Of a DNA stretch of 64,000 nucleotides, positions 39,500 to 52,086 are shown piece after piece. The notes beneath the pieces are model-generated. The model did no database searches and was not told the origin of the DNA. It saw nothing but the letters and a program-made list of their open reading frames with translations. Origin of the DNA: Octopus vulgaris (Eukaryota); the NCBI GenBank assembly GCA_951406725.2, contig OX597815.1:190898001-190962000 (forward strand), read 5' to 3'. Position 1 is the first letter of the stretch, and every line of letters begins with the position of its first letter. The translations under genes were made by a program, and so were the position numbers.

Positions 39500-39990
39500 T
39501 CCACCCTTGAGTATAATACACAGGGGATTTTTAGGGAGCTGTACCTCTGAAAAACCTAAACCATGTGTATAATACGCACCCCTTCTCTAACTTGAGTCAA
39601 GGAGGTCTATATAACGTCCATGGTTTGTAAAAATGTATACGGTAACGTCTTTTATTATTATTGTATATATAACATGATGCAAACGTGTAGCTTTTTTGTG
39701 CATTTTGTTTGCAGAAAATAAAGAAATAACAGTAATAACATTTAATAAATGTTGCTTACAGCAAGTTATGGATGATTCTTTTATGACTTCATTGCTTTCA
39801 GGCTTAGCTTAAGATATTTTCGCGCTGACATCACAAAATGCCTGAGTAAACAGTTCCAGGCAGCAAATAGAGACTCGGACATTGCTTAGAAAATATTTTT
39901 CATTTTTAACCTCATATACAGTACACACTAAGGATTTTGACCTTTAAATTTTGGGAAAAAAATGCGGATTATACTTGAGGAATTACAGTA
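39500..39990. mobile_element. Degenerate pogo/Tigger-like MITE
   Basis: Motifs GTATAATACGCACCC and terminal AAATGCGGATTATACTTGAGGAATTACAGTA. Related decayed sequence at ~59794-59980. Confidence 0.45.
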
Positions 39991-41596
39991 CACTTAACTC
40001 ATTAATCAAATTCATATGTATTAAAATATAGCATGTATATATCCCATTAATTAAATTTATATACATTAAAATATAATAAAATATAGTTCCATCTGAGAAC
40101 TTCTACAATGCCACATTTACGTAGGTATACATTGTGAAATAAAGCAAAATGGTGAGAAGACATAGTGAGGAACTTGTTTATAAAGTCACCTGAGGAGGAA
40201 TGTTCTATATCTGTGATGCAAGAAAATTGACAGTACAGCATCTCACCTATGAGCTACAAGTGTGGCAATGAGTCAAAACAATTGTAGTGGTTTTGAATAA
40301 AGAATCTTGTGAATTCCCTTTTCTATCATCTCTGATTTATTTATATTAAAATATATTCTTTATTTTTCCACCTTTTTTTCTTTTTTCATTTGTTTCAGTC
40401 ATTTGACTACAGCGATGCTGGAGTACCACCCTTAGTCAAACAAATCAACCCCAGGACATATTCTTTGTAAACCTAGTTACCTATTCTATTAGTCTCTTTT
40501 GCCAAACCGCTAAGTTACGGGGAACGTCAATACCAATATCGGTTGTATGCAGATATGTAACACACATTCTTTGACTAACTGCTAGCTGTTTTGCAATGTC
40601 AGAATCCTAATGTTTTAAGTTTTTAATTTAGTTAATGGAGTTTTTTTCTATAAGAAAAATTATTATTTTATTTATTTCTTAAATAAATATTGTTTAACTC
40701 TATTTGCTTATTTATTTAACTATTATCATTAACCTGAAGATTGACTATAATTTTAAATTGAATTTATTTCAATTGAATTTAAACGTAATTGTAATTCGAA
40801 TTTAAAGAAATGAAACGTACTTATTTTTTTACTTATTATATTATATGTTGTTCGTTCATTTTTATAGTTTTTGAGATCTAGTTATAAGTTTACATGTTTT
40901 ATATATATATATATATCTATCTAATTACATTATATTGATGGATAATTAAGGTTTTCCATTATCAATGTAATAATAGTGGTTTTATCTCTAATTTATAGTT
41001 TATATATTTATACTGTGAAATTTGATTTAATATTAAATTGAATTTTCCCCTAATAATATTATATATATATATACACACACATTTATATATATATACACAT
41101 ATATTTATATATGTATACACACACACATACGCAGACATATATATAGGCACAGGCGTGGCTGTGTGGTAAGTAGCTTGCTTACCAACCACATAGTTCTGGG
41201 TTAAGTCCCACTGTGTAATAACTTGGGCAAGTGTCTTCTACTATAGCCTCAGCAAACCAAAGCCTTGAGAGTGGATTTGATAGACGGAAATTGAAAGAAG
41301 CCCATCATACATGTGTGTATTTGTGTGTCTGTGTTTGTAACCCCAACATCGCTTGACAACCAATGTTGGTGTGTTTATGCCCCGGTAACTTAGCGGTTTG
41401 GCAAAAGAGACTGATAGAATAAGTACTGGGCTTACAAAGAATAAGTCCTGGAGTTGATTTGTTCAACTAAAGGAAGTGCTCCAGCATGGCTGCAGTTAAA
41501 GGACTGAAATGAATAAAAGAATAAAATAATATATATATATATATCATCATTGTCATTTAACGTCCGCTTTCCATGCTAGCATATATATATATATTA

Positions 41597-41895
41597 ACTA
41601 GAGCACTCCGTTGGTTACGACGATGAGGGTACAATCAACGGAACAGCTTGCTTGTGAAATTAATGTGCAAGTGACTGAGCAATCCACAGACACGTGTACC
41701 CCTAACGTAGTTCTGATGAAAAGTTGACAAGCTGGCCCTTTGAAATACAGGTACAACTCATTTTTGCCAGCTGAGTGGACTGGAGCAACATGAAATAAAG
41801 TGTCTTGCTCAAGGACACATCGCGTTGCCAGGAATTGAACTCACGACCTTACAATCGTGAGCCGAATGCCCTAACCACTAAGCCACATGCCTTCA
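41597..41895 (-). mobile_element. Family E tRNA-derived CORE-type SINE
   Basis: Same head and CORE-like segment as D2 but a different 3' part (…CTGTGGA.TGCTCAG.CACTTGCAC.TTAATTTCAC.AGCA.GCTGTTCCGTTGAT…). Other copies at ~18945-19090(-), 24345-24648(+), 57270-58080(+, split) and 63617-63915(-). Confidence 0.8.
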
Positions 41896-42725
41896 TATAT
41901 ATATATATACATACACACACAAACACACACACAACAGGATTCTTTTAGTTTCTGTCTTCTAAATCCACTCACAAAGCTTTGGATGGTCTGAGACCATAGT
42001 AGAAGACCCTTGCTCAAAGTGCCATGCAGTGGGACTCAACCTGGAGCCATATAGTTGGGAGTCAAGCTTCTTAACACACAGCCATGCCAACACTTATGAT
42101 GATGATGATGATGATTCTACACTGCCAATGTTTAAAAGTTGTTATTTTCATGCATAACATTGGCTGTACTACTTGAATTTCTTTCCTCAAACATTTCTCA
42201 ATAGCAATCAATGTTCCACATTACAAAATTCTGCATTAAAAGATTTTCAGAAACATGGAATCCTATATTGCAGGGATGTCTGCATTATTGTTGATGGATC
42301 AAAGAGTGTTCCAAACCATTAATAATATTACAAAAACACTGAGGCATCTAATGGGTTCTAGCAGGATGTTCTCTAGATTGAGAATATATTTTTCCACATT
42401 GGCACAGGTATTGCTGTGTGGTGAGAAGCTTGCTTCCCAACCACATGGTTTAGTCCCACTGTGTGGCACCTTGGGTAAGTGTCGTCTGCTATAGCCTTCG
42501 GCTGACCAAAGCCTTGTGAGTGGATTTGATAGATGGAAACTGAAAGAAACCCATTGTGTGTGTGTATGTATATATATATATATGTCAAAATAAGCAACAG
42601 GAAACTTATAGAATCACCTTACTTTAAAACTGGATGGATAATACCTTACTAAATTCTGGTGCCTCAACTTAAGTACCTAATTCATCTGAATCTAAATTTT
42701 TTCTGTGTATATATATATATATATA

Positions 42726-43040
42726 TCTTTATATATAAAAGTCAAGTTGTGTGTCTGTCTCTTACGATTTAGATTCCTAACTACTCCCATATTTTGCGGT
42801 GCAGTTTAACCAAAACCGGGTATCTTATAGTCGTGATTCATATCGAGCCCTTCTGGGTATTAGCGCGCATCTACGATGAGTCTACGATTTTTAAAAAATT
42901 TACCATCATTTTTTTCCATTTTAATGCATTTTTTTTCGCTATTATATAAGGGAAGTAACTCTCTAAAAATGTCTACGATGAGTCAACGGTTTAAAAAAAA
43001 ATTTACCATAATTTTTTTTCCATTTTTATGCATATTTTTT
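42726..43040 (+). mobile_element. Helitron 5' fragment
   Basis: Start A|TCTTTATATATAAAAG, similar to the 7922 element (TGC.GTGCA..TT.ACCAAAA). Internal ~90-bp duplication (TCTACGATGAGTC twice). Confidence 0.6.
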
Positions 43041-43829
43041 CATCATCTTCATTTAGCGTCTGCTCAAACCTTCCGATACTGCTAGCATGGGATAAAAGTT
43101 TGTGTGTCTGTGTTTGACCCCCAATATTGCTTGACAACCGATGTTGGTGTGTTTACATCCCCGTAACTTAGCGGGCGTCTGGGTTCAGTCCTGTTGTGTG
43201 GCACCTTAGGCAAGTGTCTTCTTCTATAACCTCAGATCAACGAAAGCATCTTGAGTGGGTTTGGTAAGTGGAAAGTAAAAGAAGCCTGTCATATGTGTGT
43301 GTGGCTGTCCTTCACCACTATTTGACAACTGGTGTTGGTGTGTTTACATCCTGGTAACTTAGCAGTTCAACAAAGAAGACCAATAAAACAAATACCAAGC
43401 TTCAAAGAAAATAAGTACCAAGGTCGATGCATTCAACTAAAAATTCCTCAAGGCAGTGCCCCAGCATGGCCACAGTCTAATTAATGAAATATATAAATAA
43501 AGTCATCTTTGCCCTATAATTGCTAACAAGTTATAAACAAAAATCAAAACAAGTTTTGAGAGAAAAACAAGAGCAAAGTCATCAAAACATTGATTAACCC
43601 ATATTCTAGTTGATTAACAAGATCTAAAGATAAATTAATTAATTGTTAGCAGATGTATATATTAGACCTGGCTACTTTATATTTATTTTGTAAACACCAG
43701 GAGTGGCTTAAAGGCACAGGAGTGGCTTTGTGTATTAAGTAGCTTGCTTACCATCCACATGGTTCCAGATTCAGTCCCACTGCATGGCACCTTGGGCAAG
43801 TGTCTTCTATTATAGTCAATGACGACGAC

Positions 43830-44397
43830 GACATGCCCAGATGCAGTACCAGACAGTGGCTCTCATGGCTTCTGATCTTAACTGAAGTGTACATTGTTTT
43901 GTCTTGGTATAAAAGATGGGATACAGCAAATATTCTGCTCAATACCACAGACTTGCTTGTCGGTTTTTTGATCTTAACCAGTTTACCATGTTCCTTAGTG
44001 GCTGACAATATGTGCATCGCTGATCATGAGCAGAAGTAATAGGAGAGCATCATAGTCGTGTGTTGAAAGGAATTCTTGGAGGCTTGGATAATTCACCTTT
44101 GGAAACATTGGTGGTTCATTCAACATCCTTAAATAATCCTTATTTAGGGACCTTTTGAGCAGGATGGGCTACTCGACCAGAAGAATATTCTAACAGGGCC
44201 CCACCTGCAAGGTCATGCGCTGTTTATCTTGATATGAGATCACCATGTCGCACACATATTGTTGTGATGCATGAGCCTAGTATACCCTTATCAGACGGGT
44301 AGTTATGACGGGTATACTGGGCTTCGTATATTTTACCCCAATGCCACTTTGATGGTATGCACTGCTCTCTCACTCAATAATAATAATAGTAATAACA
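43830..44397 (+). mobile_element. Unclassified interspersed repeat ending in (AAT)n; truncates a family A SINE
   Basis: Higher-GC block beginning where the SINE at 43712-43817 breaks off and ending CTCTCTCACTC(AAT)n. Single copy in this window, so its repeat status is inferred. Confidence 0.45.
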
Positions 44398-44456
44398 TCA
44401 GCAAAAAAAAATACCTTAGGAATGAGAACCCAAGGTTGGGTTCAAAATTCTACCAG

Positions 44457-44502
44457 GACACCTGATGAAGGGTGGAGAGTAAATCAGCTGAAATGTTGTG
44501 GT
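44457..44502 (+). ncRNA. Degenerate Penelope-type minimal type I hammerhead ribozyme
   Basis: GACAC-CTGATGA-A-GGGTG-(10 nt)-CAGCT-GAAA-TGTT-GTGGT. Core boxes at 44462-44468 and 44490-44493; stems I and II each have one mismatch. Confidence 0.55.
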
Positions 44503-44648
44503 AACAATTAACAAGATAAGGACACATATCTATCCAATGTAAATAAAGTAAATAATGTACAGAATTCCTCATCTCTGAAATATAGGACAAAATTAAGCGT
44601 CCTTGTCAACTTTTGCTAAACTGCCTTTTCTCTTCTGCTTTAATTTAT

Positions 44649-44706
<58 letters not shown>

Positions 44707-45586
44707 TTTGTGTGTGTGCGTGTGTGTGTGTGCTTGTTATTTGTCACCCATTCCTTGACAGCCAGTATTGGTTTCTTTATGCCTTAGTAACTTAGTGGTT
44801 CAGCAAAAGAGATCTACGGAATAAGTACCAGACATTAAACTAAAAAATACTGGGGTTAATTTGCTTGATTAAACCCTTCAAGACGGTACCCCAGCATGGC
44901 CACAATCCAATGAATGAAGCAACTAAAAGCAAAAAAAATAAAAGCTTCGAAATTTTCATTCATTGAAACAGAATCTATCCACTCAGTGGAAATTCCAAAT
45001 AATGTTACAGAATATGGAATAATTTCATTCTGTTGCATACAATATTCCAGATAACATTCTCTTTTTGTTTTTATATGTTTAATTAGTGTTGTGTTTTTAT
45101 ATTAATTCTGTTGGAATACTTGTTTGGCGGCTATCAGCTGTGCCAAACCAAACAGTACATGACATGAATTAAAGCTTGCAGTAGCAATTTGTTACAATGC
45201 AGTTGAAAAGAAACTCACAGAAAATAAGGCAATTTTCAATAATGCAGATATTTTCTGGCTAAAATAAAACATTTATTTTCTTGATACAGGAATGCAGCCA
45301 ATTTTATTAATATGGGTATTTGGGTGATTGATTCAACTTAGCTTCTTACTGATGTTTATTCTATTAAAATTTTTAAAAAAATAAACTACATGAACACACA
45401 AACTCAAGACAGTGAGAAAACAAGAAAAGAAATAGTATGGCTTGCTAGCAATTGTTTTATATCTCACCAGTATCATCATGATAACTTAACCTTTTTGTGG
45501 TTATATTTTCAATGAAATGCACTGTCTTCATGTCAGTTTATTTTACAAATAATTAAGAATTTAGAAGGATTGGCTAAAATAACATT

Positions 45587-46050
45587 CATCATCATCATCA
45601 TCGTTTAATGTCCGCTTTCCATGCTAGTATGGGGTGGACGATTTGACTGAGGTCTGGCGAACCAGATCGCTGCACTACACTCCAGTCTGATCCGGCAGAG
45701 TTTCTACAGCTGGATGCTCTTCCTAACACCAACCACTCTGAGTGTGTACTGGGTACTTTTATGTGTCATTGGCACGAGGGCCAGTTAGGTGGTACTGGCA
45801 ACAGCCACGCTCAAATGGTGCCTTTTATGTGCCACCGGCATAGGAGCCAGTCCAGTGGCACTGGCAACGAACTCGCTCGGATGCTTCTTACACGTGCCAC
45901 CAACACAAGTGCTAGTAAGGTGATGCAGGTAACGATCACACTCGAATGGTGATTTTTACATGCCATCGGCACGGAGGCCAGCATGTTGCTCTGGCAACAA
46001 TCTCACTTGTATGGTACTCTTAGTGCTCCACTTGTACGGATACCAGTCAT
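45587..46050 (-). mobile_element. Family C retroposon with five internal ~65-bp units
   Basis: Unit anchors at 45752, 45817, 45880, 45948 and 46013; (CAT)n tail at 45587-45602. Confidence 0.8.
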
Positions 46051-46251
46051 CGAATTTGATTTCGATTTCGATTTCACTTGCCTCAACATAACGATGGATA
46101 AAATGCTACCAAGCAATTCATCTGGCATGCTATTGATTCAGCCATTGCTGTACATGATTCTTACCAATAATCCTTTTCACATCAATCTACCTGAAACCTC
46201 ATCTAGATCTATAAAATTAGCTGTCAGTTTAAAAATGCTTGTATATTTTAT

Positions 46252-46422
46252 AGGCGTAGGAGTGGCTGTGTGGTAAGTAGCTTGCTTACCAACCACACGG
46301 TTCCAGGTTCAGTCCCACTGCATGGCACCTTGGGCAAGTGTCTTCTACTATAGCCTCGGGTCAACCAAAGCCTTGTGAGTGGATTTGGTAGACAGAAACT
46401 GAAAGAAGCCCCTTGTATATAA

Positions 46423-46485
<63 letters not shown>

Positions 46486-46723
46486 TATGTATGTATGTGT
46501 GTATGTATATGTTTGTGTGTCTATGTTCGTTCCCCCAACATCTCTTGACAACCGATGCTGATGTGTTTACATCCCCGTAACTTAGCAGTTCGGCAAAAGT
46601 GACCAATCGAATAAGTACTAGGCTTACAAATAATAAGTCCTGGGGTTAATTTGCTCGACTAAAGGCGGTGCTTCAGCATGGCCACAGTCAAATGACTGAA
46701 ACAAGTAAAAGAGTAAAAGAGTA
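46252..46723 (+). mobile_element. Family A SINE, full length
   Basis: From AGGCGTAGGAGTGGCTGTGTGG to (GAGTAAAA)n. Confidence 0.88.
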
Positions 46724-46866
46724 TTTAAATTGAAACCCATCATTGTAGAAACTCTTATGTTCCAAACACCAATTTGATAACCAGAAAAAGTCAATTATTT
46801 TATCAAATCCCTTCAAATTCTTGAATATTTTCAAAATTAATTGAAACACATAGACAATATAATTCA

Positions 46867-47058
46867 CTAGCAGAACCCGTGAATAAAATTACGGAATTAA
46901 AAGATAAACCTATTTGGTTATTTCTGAAAACTTTATCCAAAAACTTGAAAGCATAGCCTGTGTAATGCCTATATGGAAAGATAGTTGCTCATCTGCTATT
47001 CATTGAAAAGTGAAAGAAATTGGAATACGATGATTACTTAATGCACTTTATATATAAA
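46867..47058 (-). mobile_element. Short Helitron-like element
   Basis: CTAG at 46867 next to hairpin CCGTGAATAAAATTACGG; CTTTATATATAA at the other end. Confidence 0.5.
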
Positions 47059-47406
47059 CTTAAAGTGTATACTTTCTGCACAATTTTATAGACTTAATAG
47101 ACAACACTCATAAAATAAATATTCACTCTTATTTTTCCATTTTTCTCATAAACAAACAAAAAAAAATCTTGTTCATATGATACATCCTTCAGTTAAATTG
47201 CATATATCTGTCATGTAAATAAGTGTGAATATTTCACTGATTTCAGTGAAAATTCATCATTTTTCTAGTAATAATATATAGCAAGATTTTAGGCCTCAGG
47301 CATTTTCAATTTCTACAATTTTTTATTTTCACTCCACCCTAGATTACACAATGTATACACCCATGCATACATACATGTGTGTATAATATATTATTACTAG
47401 ATATTA

Positions 47407-47585
47407 TTACTAGAAAAATGCTAAATTTTTGCTTAGATCAGTGAAGGGCATTTACTCCCTCAAACCCCACAAACTCCGCTACTGAAGAAAAATTTACAAA
47501 AATCCCCCATTTTCGGAGTTTAGGGGGCTTGAGGGAGTAAATGCCTTTGATTGATCCCAGCAAAAATTTAGTATTTTTCAAGTAA
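47407..47585. repeat. Inverted repeat with 72-bp arms and a 35-nt loop
   Basis: 47407-47478 versus the reverse complement of 47514-47585: about 62 of 72 identical by manual comparison. Confidence 0.9.
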
Positions 47586-47659
47586 TCAAATATAGCAACA
47601 TTTTAGCCCTCAGGCATTTTAAATTTCCACAGTACTTTATTTTCACTCCATCCTGGTTC

Positions 47660-48110
47660 ATACCCCAAGCCAATAACATATTTTGGAACAATAACATGGT
47701 TAGTTCCACTTCTAAATGATGAGAATTACTTACAAATCACAAAGGATGTTCTCTACAAGGAATGTCAGAAACCCTGTTGTCTGAAAAACTTTTGTATATC
47801 ACCTTACTGGCATTCAGTTAGCAATGCAAGAACTTTTGGAGTTTAACTTAATAGCCAAGACAAGGAATGAAAAGAACAGAGTATTAGCATACCAACAGAG
47901 TTTTGTTTCTGGGTTAATGTTGACTGTTTAGTATGAAGTGTCAAGTCTAATAGGTATCTGCAACAAGGAAATGGAGGCATCTAACATTGAAACTCTCCTT
48001 GAAAACTTGATGAAAAAAGGAGACTGCTGGAAAAAACATCTGGAATGAAGCCAAAGATGTGGTTTCTGATCTTGAAATGGAAATGAAACTCTTCTAAGGG
48101 TGTTGAAGCA
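47660..48110 (+). pseudogene. Fossil hAT-superfamily transposase fragment
   Basis: Broken frames read ITYFGTI / SSTSK**ELLTNHKGCSLQGMSETLLSE / AMQELLEFNLIAKTRNE…SFVSGLML / ASNIETLLENLMK / IWNEAKDVVSDLEMEMKL. These resemble the hAT F.S.S.kRW…L..lseTRW region and downstream helices (recalled similarity). Confidence 0.55.
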
Positions 48111-48242
48111 TGAGTTGAAAAAAAAAGTTGCATGATGATACAATATACATTGCCAGCCCATGGTGGTGGAAAAGAGTAACCCAGATTATCTGTCAAAAGA
48201 AACCTACTCTAGAAAATCTGTTTTATGTTCTGATAGATAATA

Positions 48243-49162
48243 TTCTTTCCTGCTCCAGGTACAAAGCTCGAAATTTCTGGGGAGGGGGCCAGTTGATTGG
48301 ATCTACCCCAGTACGCAAATGATACTTAATTTATCAACCCCGAAAGGATGAAAGGCAAAGTTGACCTCAGCAGAGTTTGAACTCAGAATGTAAAGACAGA
48401 TGAAATACCTATTTCTTTATTACCCACAAGGGGCTAAACACAGAGGGGACAAACAAGGTCAGACATAGGTATTAAATCGATTACATCGACCCCAGTGCGT
48501 AACTGGTACTTAATTTATCAACCCCGAAAGGATGAAAGGACAAGTCGACCTTGGCGGAATTTGAACTCACAACGTAACGGCAGACGAAATACCACTAAGC
48601 ATTTCGCCCGGCGTGCTAACGTTTCTGCCAGCTCGCCTTTACCAGCTCGACAGATGAAATACCAATAAGCATTTCAACTGGTATGCTAACATTTCTGCCA
48701 CCTTGCCGCCTTCCTCGAATTTAATATTCTTTTCTACTCCAGGCACAAGGCCCAAAATCTCTGGGGCGGGGGCCAGTCGATTAGATCGACCCCTGTGCGC
48801 AACTGGTATTTAATTTATCAACCCCAAAAGGATGAAAGGCAACATCGACCTCAGCGGAGTTTGAACTCAGAATGTAAAGACAGACGAAATACTGCTAAGC
48901 ATTTCAACCGGCGTACTAACATTTCTGCTACCTCGCCGCCTTCTTCAAATTCAATATTCTTTTCTACTCCAGGCACAAGGCCTGAAATTTTGTGGGAGGG
49001 GGCCAGTCAATTAGATCGACCCCAGTACACAACTGATACTTAATTTATCTACCCTGAAAGGATGAAAGGCAATGTCGATCTTGGAGGAATTTGAACTCAG
49101 AAAGTAAAGACAGACAAAATACCGCTAGGCATTTCACCCAGCGTACTAACGTTTCTACCAGT
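48243..49162 (-). mobile_element. Head-to-tail cluster of family B SINE units
   Basis: Four AAAGGATGAAAGG central motifs (~48343, 48527, 48827, 49058): two tail-2 monomers plus one tail1/tail2 dimer. Confidence 0.87.
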
Positions 49163-50519
49163 AATGCTTTTCATTGAGGCAGAAAGTTTGTAGATAAAGA
49201 AATGAAAACAGTAAAATACATTAGCTGCTTAGGTTTAATGTTATTCTGTATAAATCGTATTATTTAAAGTTGTAGCTTTTTCCTACTTTGTAGAAGAGTA
49301 TAATCATAATGAAACATGAACAAAGCAGACAGCTTTCGATGCATGATTACAAAAGCCCGATTGAAGATGATGCCTAATCTCTGTCTCTCTGAATATGATT
49401 GCTGTTAAACTGGTAAACTTTTGAAAATGCTTTATTCTCTGTGCACCAGAATGACCAGATAATAATATATTATAAATTTCTGGTTGCGAAAATCATCATC
49501 ATCATCACCACCACCACCATCATCATCATCATTATCATTTTCATCATCATCATCATCATTTAACATTCATTTTCCATATTAGGATGAGTTGGAGAATTTG
49601 ACAGGAGCTGGCCAGCCAGACAGGTGCACCAGGCTCCAATCGTCTTTTTTGGAATGGTTTCTATGGCTAGATGTCCTTCCTAACACCAGCCACTTTACAG
49701 AGTGTACTGAGTGATATTTAGATGGTACCAGCACCAGGGCGGGTGCTCTTTATGTGGCACTGGCACGGTGCTTTTTATGTGGCACCAGCACAGGTGTGTT
49801 ATGAAAAAAGCCTAATCAAGGATTTAATGTCCATTTCAGTTTCAATTTTAATCATCAGTTTTAAGAGAAGTCATCACTATGTGGACCAGAAAATAGTTTT
49901 CTTTTACCTCACAATATATCTAATGGAAGCCCTGCCTGATAAAAATATTTTTTAAATAGACTCCTTAATATTCCAGCTTTTCTTTAATTTAAACTTCATT
50001 TCTTTCTTCTTTTATTGCCTTGTGAATGAGGTAATTCACTTTATCTCTTTTCCTTAACCTTCCATTCATACTGACACAAACTTTAAATACTACATCTTCA
50101 AGCCAATATAGTACTCCCACATGGTTGGTCACTTACTCTGCTACAAACATCAGCTAAAGCTCTAAGATGAAAATAAGCCAGTATTAAGTATTTTAGGGTT
50201 GTGCATATTTTTTTACCATATACTCAGGTTTCTGAGACTGGTGAAGTAAGGAAGCTATTCTTAAAACCGAAGACCTGACCTGAAAGCTTGCACTAAAGTG
50301 AACTCTGTGGAAGAAAATCAAGGACCAGGTGATGGTGTCAGCCAAGTAAGAAAATTATATGTATCAGCCAAGATTAAAGGCAAAGTTGACCTTAATGGAA
50401 CTTGAACTCAGAAAGGTTAGTAGATATAATAAAAAAGTAAGGAGAATTTTCTGGAATGGAATATGTGTTTTAATTCTTTGATATCTGTAAAACAGGTTAC
50501 ATACAAATTAAGAATATAA

Positions 50520-50873
50520 TTATCTACACCCTAGCGAAGGTGGAGGTATTGTTTCCAGTTGTGTTTGTTTTTCAGTCCATGGACAAGATATCTCAAGAAC
50601 CACTGGATGGATTCGGATGAAATTTTCAGGGATGTTTGGCCTCATGACTGACAGAAACTGATTAGATTTTGGGATCGATCTGGTATCAGACAAGGATTCT
50701 GGATTATTTTTCCTGCTTTTATACTTAATTTTTCAGAGCAGTCAGGTTCATTTTTAATATTCTTGTTTATGAAAGCAGTCGAGTTTATTTCAGATATTCT
50801 CATTTTAAAAATCATCTCTGGCTAATAATTGAGAAATTGCCTTGATGAAGGTTGTGCTCTCTGAGTGCTCTTA
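50520..50873 (+). mobile_element. Helentron-associated (HINE-like) element, second copy
   Basis: Reverse-complement homology to 21690-22040 (GGACAAGATATCTCAAGAAC…GATTAGATTTTGGGATC…GTGCTCTCTGAGTGCTC). Confidence 0.72.
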
Positions 50874-51857
50874 TTATAAATGAAATGTGTTCAATACATT
50901 TGTCATCCATTTAGAAAATTTGCTGTTATGGAAATAAATTTAGGTTGTGTGAAGCTGTTATAAATTCCCTTAAGCAGGTTCTGCTTTTCCAGAGCTTTTA
51001 TTCACTATTTGTGCAGCATAAAGCCCACGACTGCAAAACGAAAATAGCTCACTATTTTGGCTTTTATCTCTGTTACAACATTTTGAAATGTTTCACATGG
51101 GAGAGAAGAAACAAAATACTTGTACCTAATCAAAATGCCTCACATTTTCTTGCTAAAGTTTAGACTGCTATGCTACTTGGTAGAGCAGTATTTAAAAACG
51201 TTACTAGAACACCTGAATATACAGTCAAATAAATTTTCTAAATACTTGTCTATTTAAGAAACAGCCTAGATTCTGAACAACCATTGCTCTCATAATCAAG
51301 AAGCTATGTGACATTTGGTATACCAATTATTATTTGTGTGGATTAGAGGAAGTCAACATTCTGCAGTAACATTCTAAACATATTCTGTTGTGTCTGGGGA
51401 GAGTCATTTTCTTTTTGTGCCTTATAGTGTAACACACTCACCAGTAAAATTTCCACTTTTTTCTTATTTTTATTTTCCTAAAATTTTTGTTGCATCTTGC
51501 AACCTATGTAGAATCCATATAAATTATTTGTTATTCATTTCTGGTATTAGTTAATTACATGAAGAGAGGGTTGATATTTTCAAAGAAAGGATTATGGTGA
51601 TTAAATCAACTCAAATGAATTGAAACCAATGAGAGAGCCTCTGTGTGGTCACTGCTAGACATAGCAACTAAATTTCTCTTAAATCACATCCAAATGTCTA
51701 CAAAATGGAAGGTCACATAGGAAAGTGTAGATATGGAATAAGAGACAGAATGGAGATCAAGGCTTGAATGTCTTTGACTATAGGAATGTTCTGTCAGGAA
51801 GGATTACAGACACAGCAACAAAATCTCAAATATTTTACTGGACTTTTTCTATTGACC

Positions 51858-52086
51858 TTAACCCTTTCGTTACCAACCCAGCTGAAACCAGCTCTGGCTC
51901 TGTAGTACAAATGTTTTGTTTTCATAAGTTTTGAATTAAAATTTTCCACCAAACATTAGTCACAAGTTATGTTCCTAACACTAGTTTAATGACAACTAAG
52001 TTATTTTACTAAATTTTTTGTTATATTTAAAATAATTGAAAGAAACTTGGAGCATCTCAAAATAAATATGGTAACGAAAGGGTTAA
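51858..52086 (-). mobile_element. Family F TTAA MITE with perfect 14-bp TIRs
   Basis: TTAA|CCCTTTCGTTACCA (51862-51875) … TGGTAACGAAAGGG (52069-52082)|TTAA, which are piggyBac hallmarks. A diverged relative lies at 52869-53086. Confidence 0.92.

Noticed and set aside
40190-40270. Possible RTE endonuclease N-terminal remnant
   Set aside because: The similarity is too short and frameshifted to support.
45752-46050. Family C repeat-spacer units as CRISPR
   Set aside because: The repeats are degenerate, the spacers are mutually related, and the array lies inside a dispersed tailed retroposon. Kept only as a structured-RNA candidate.
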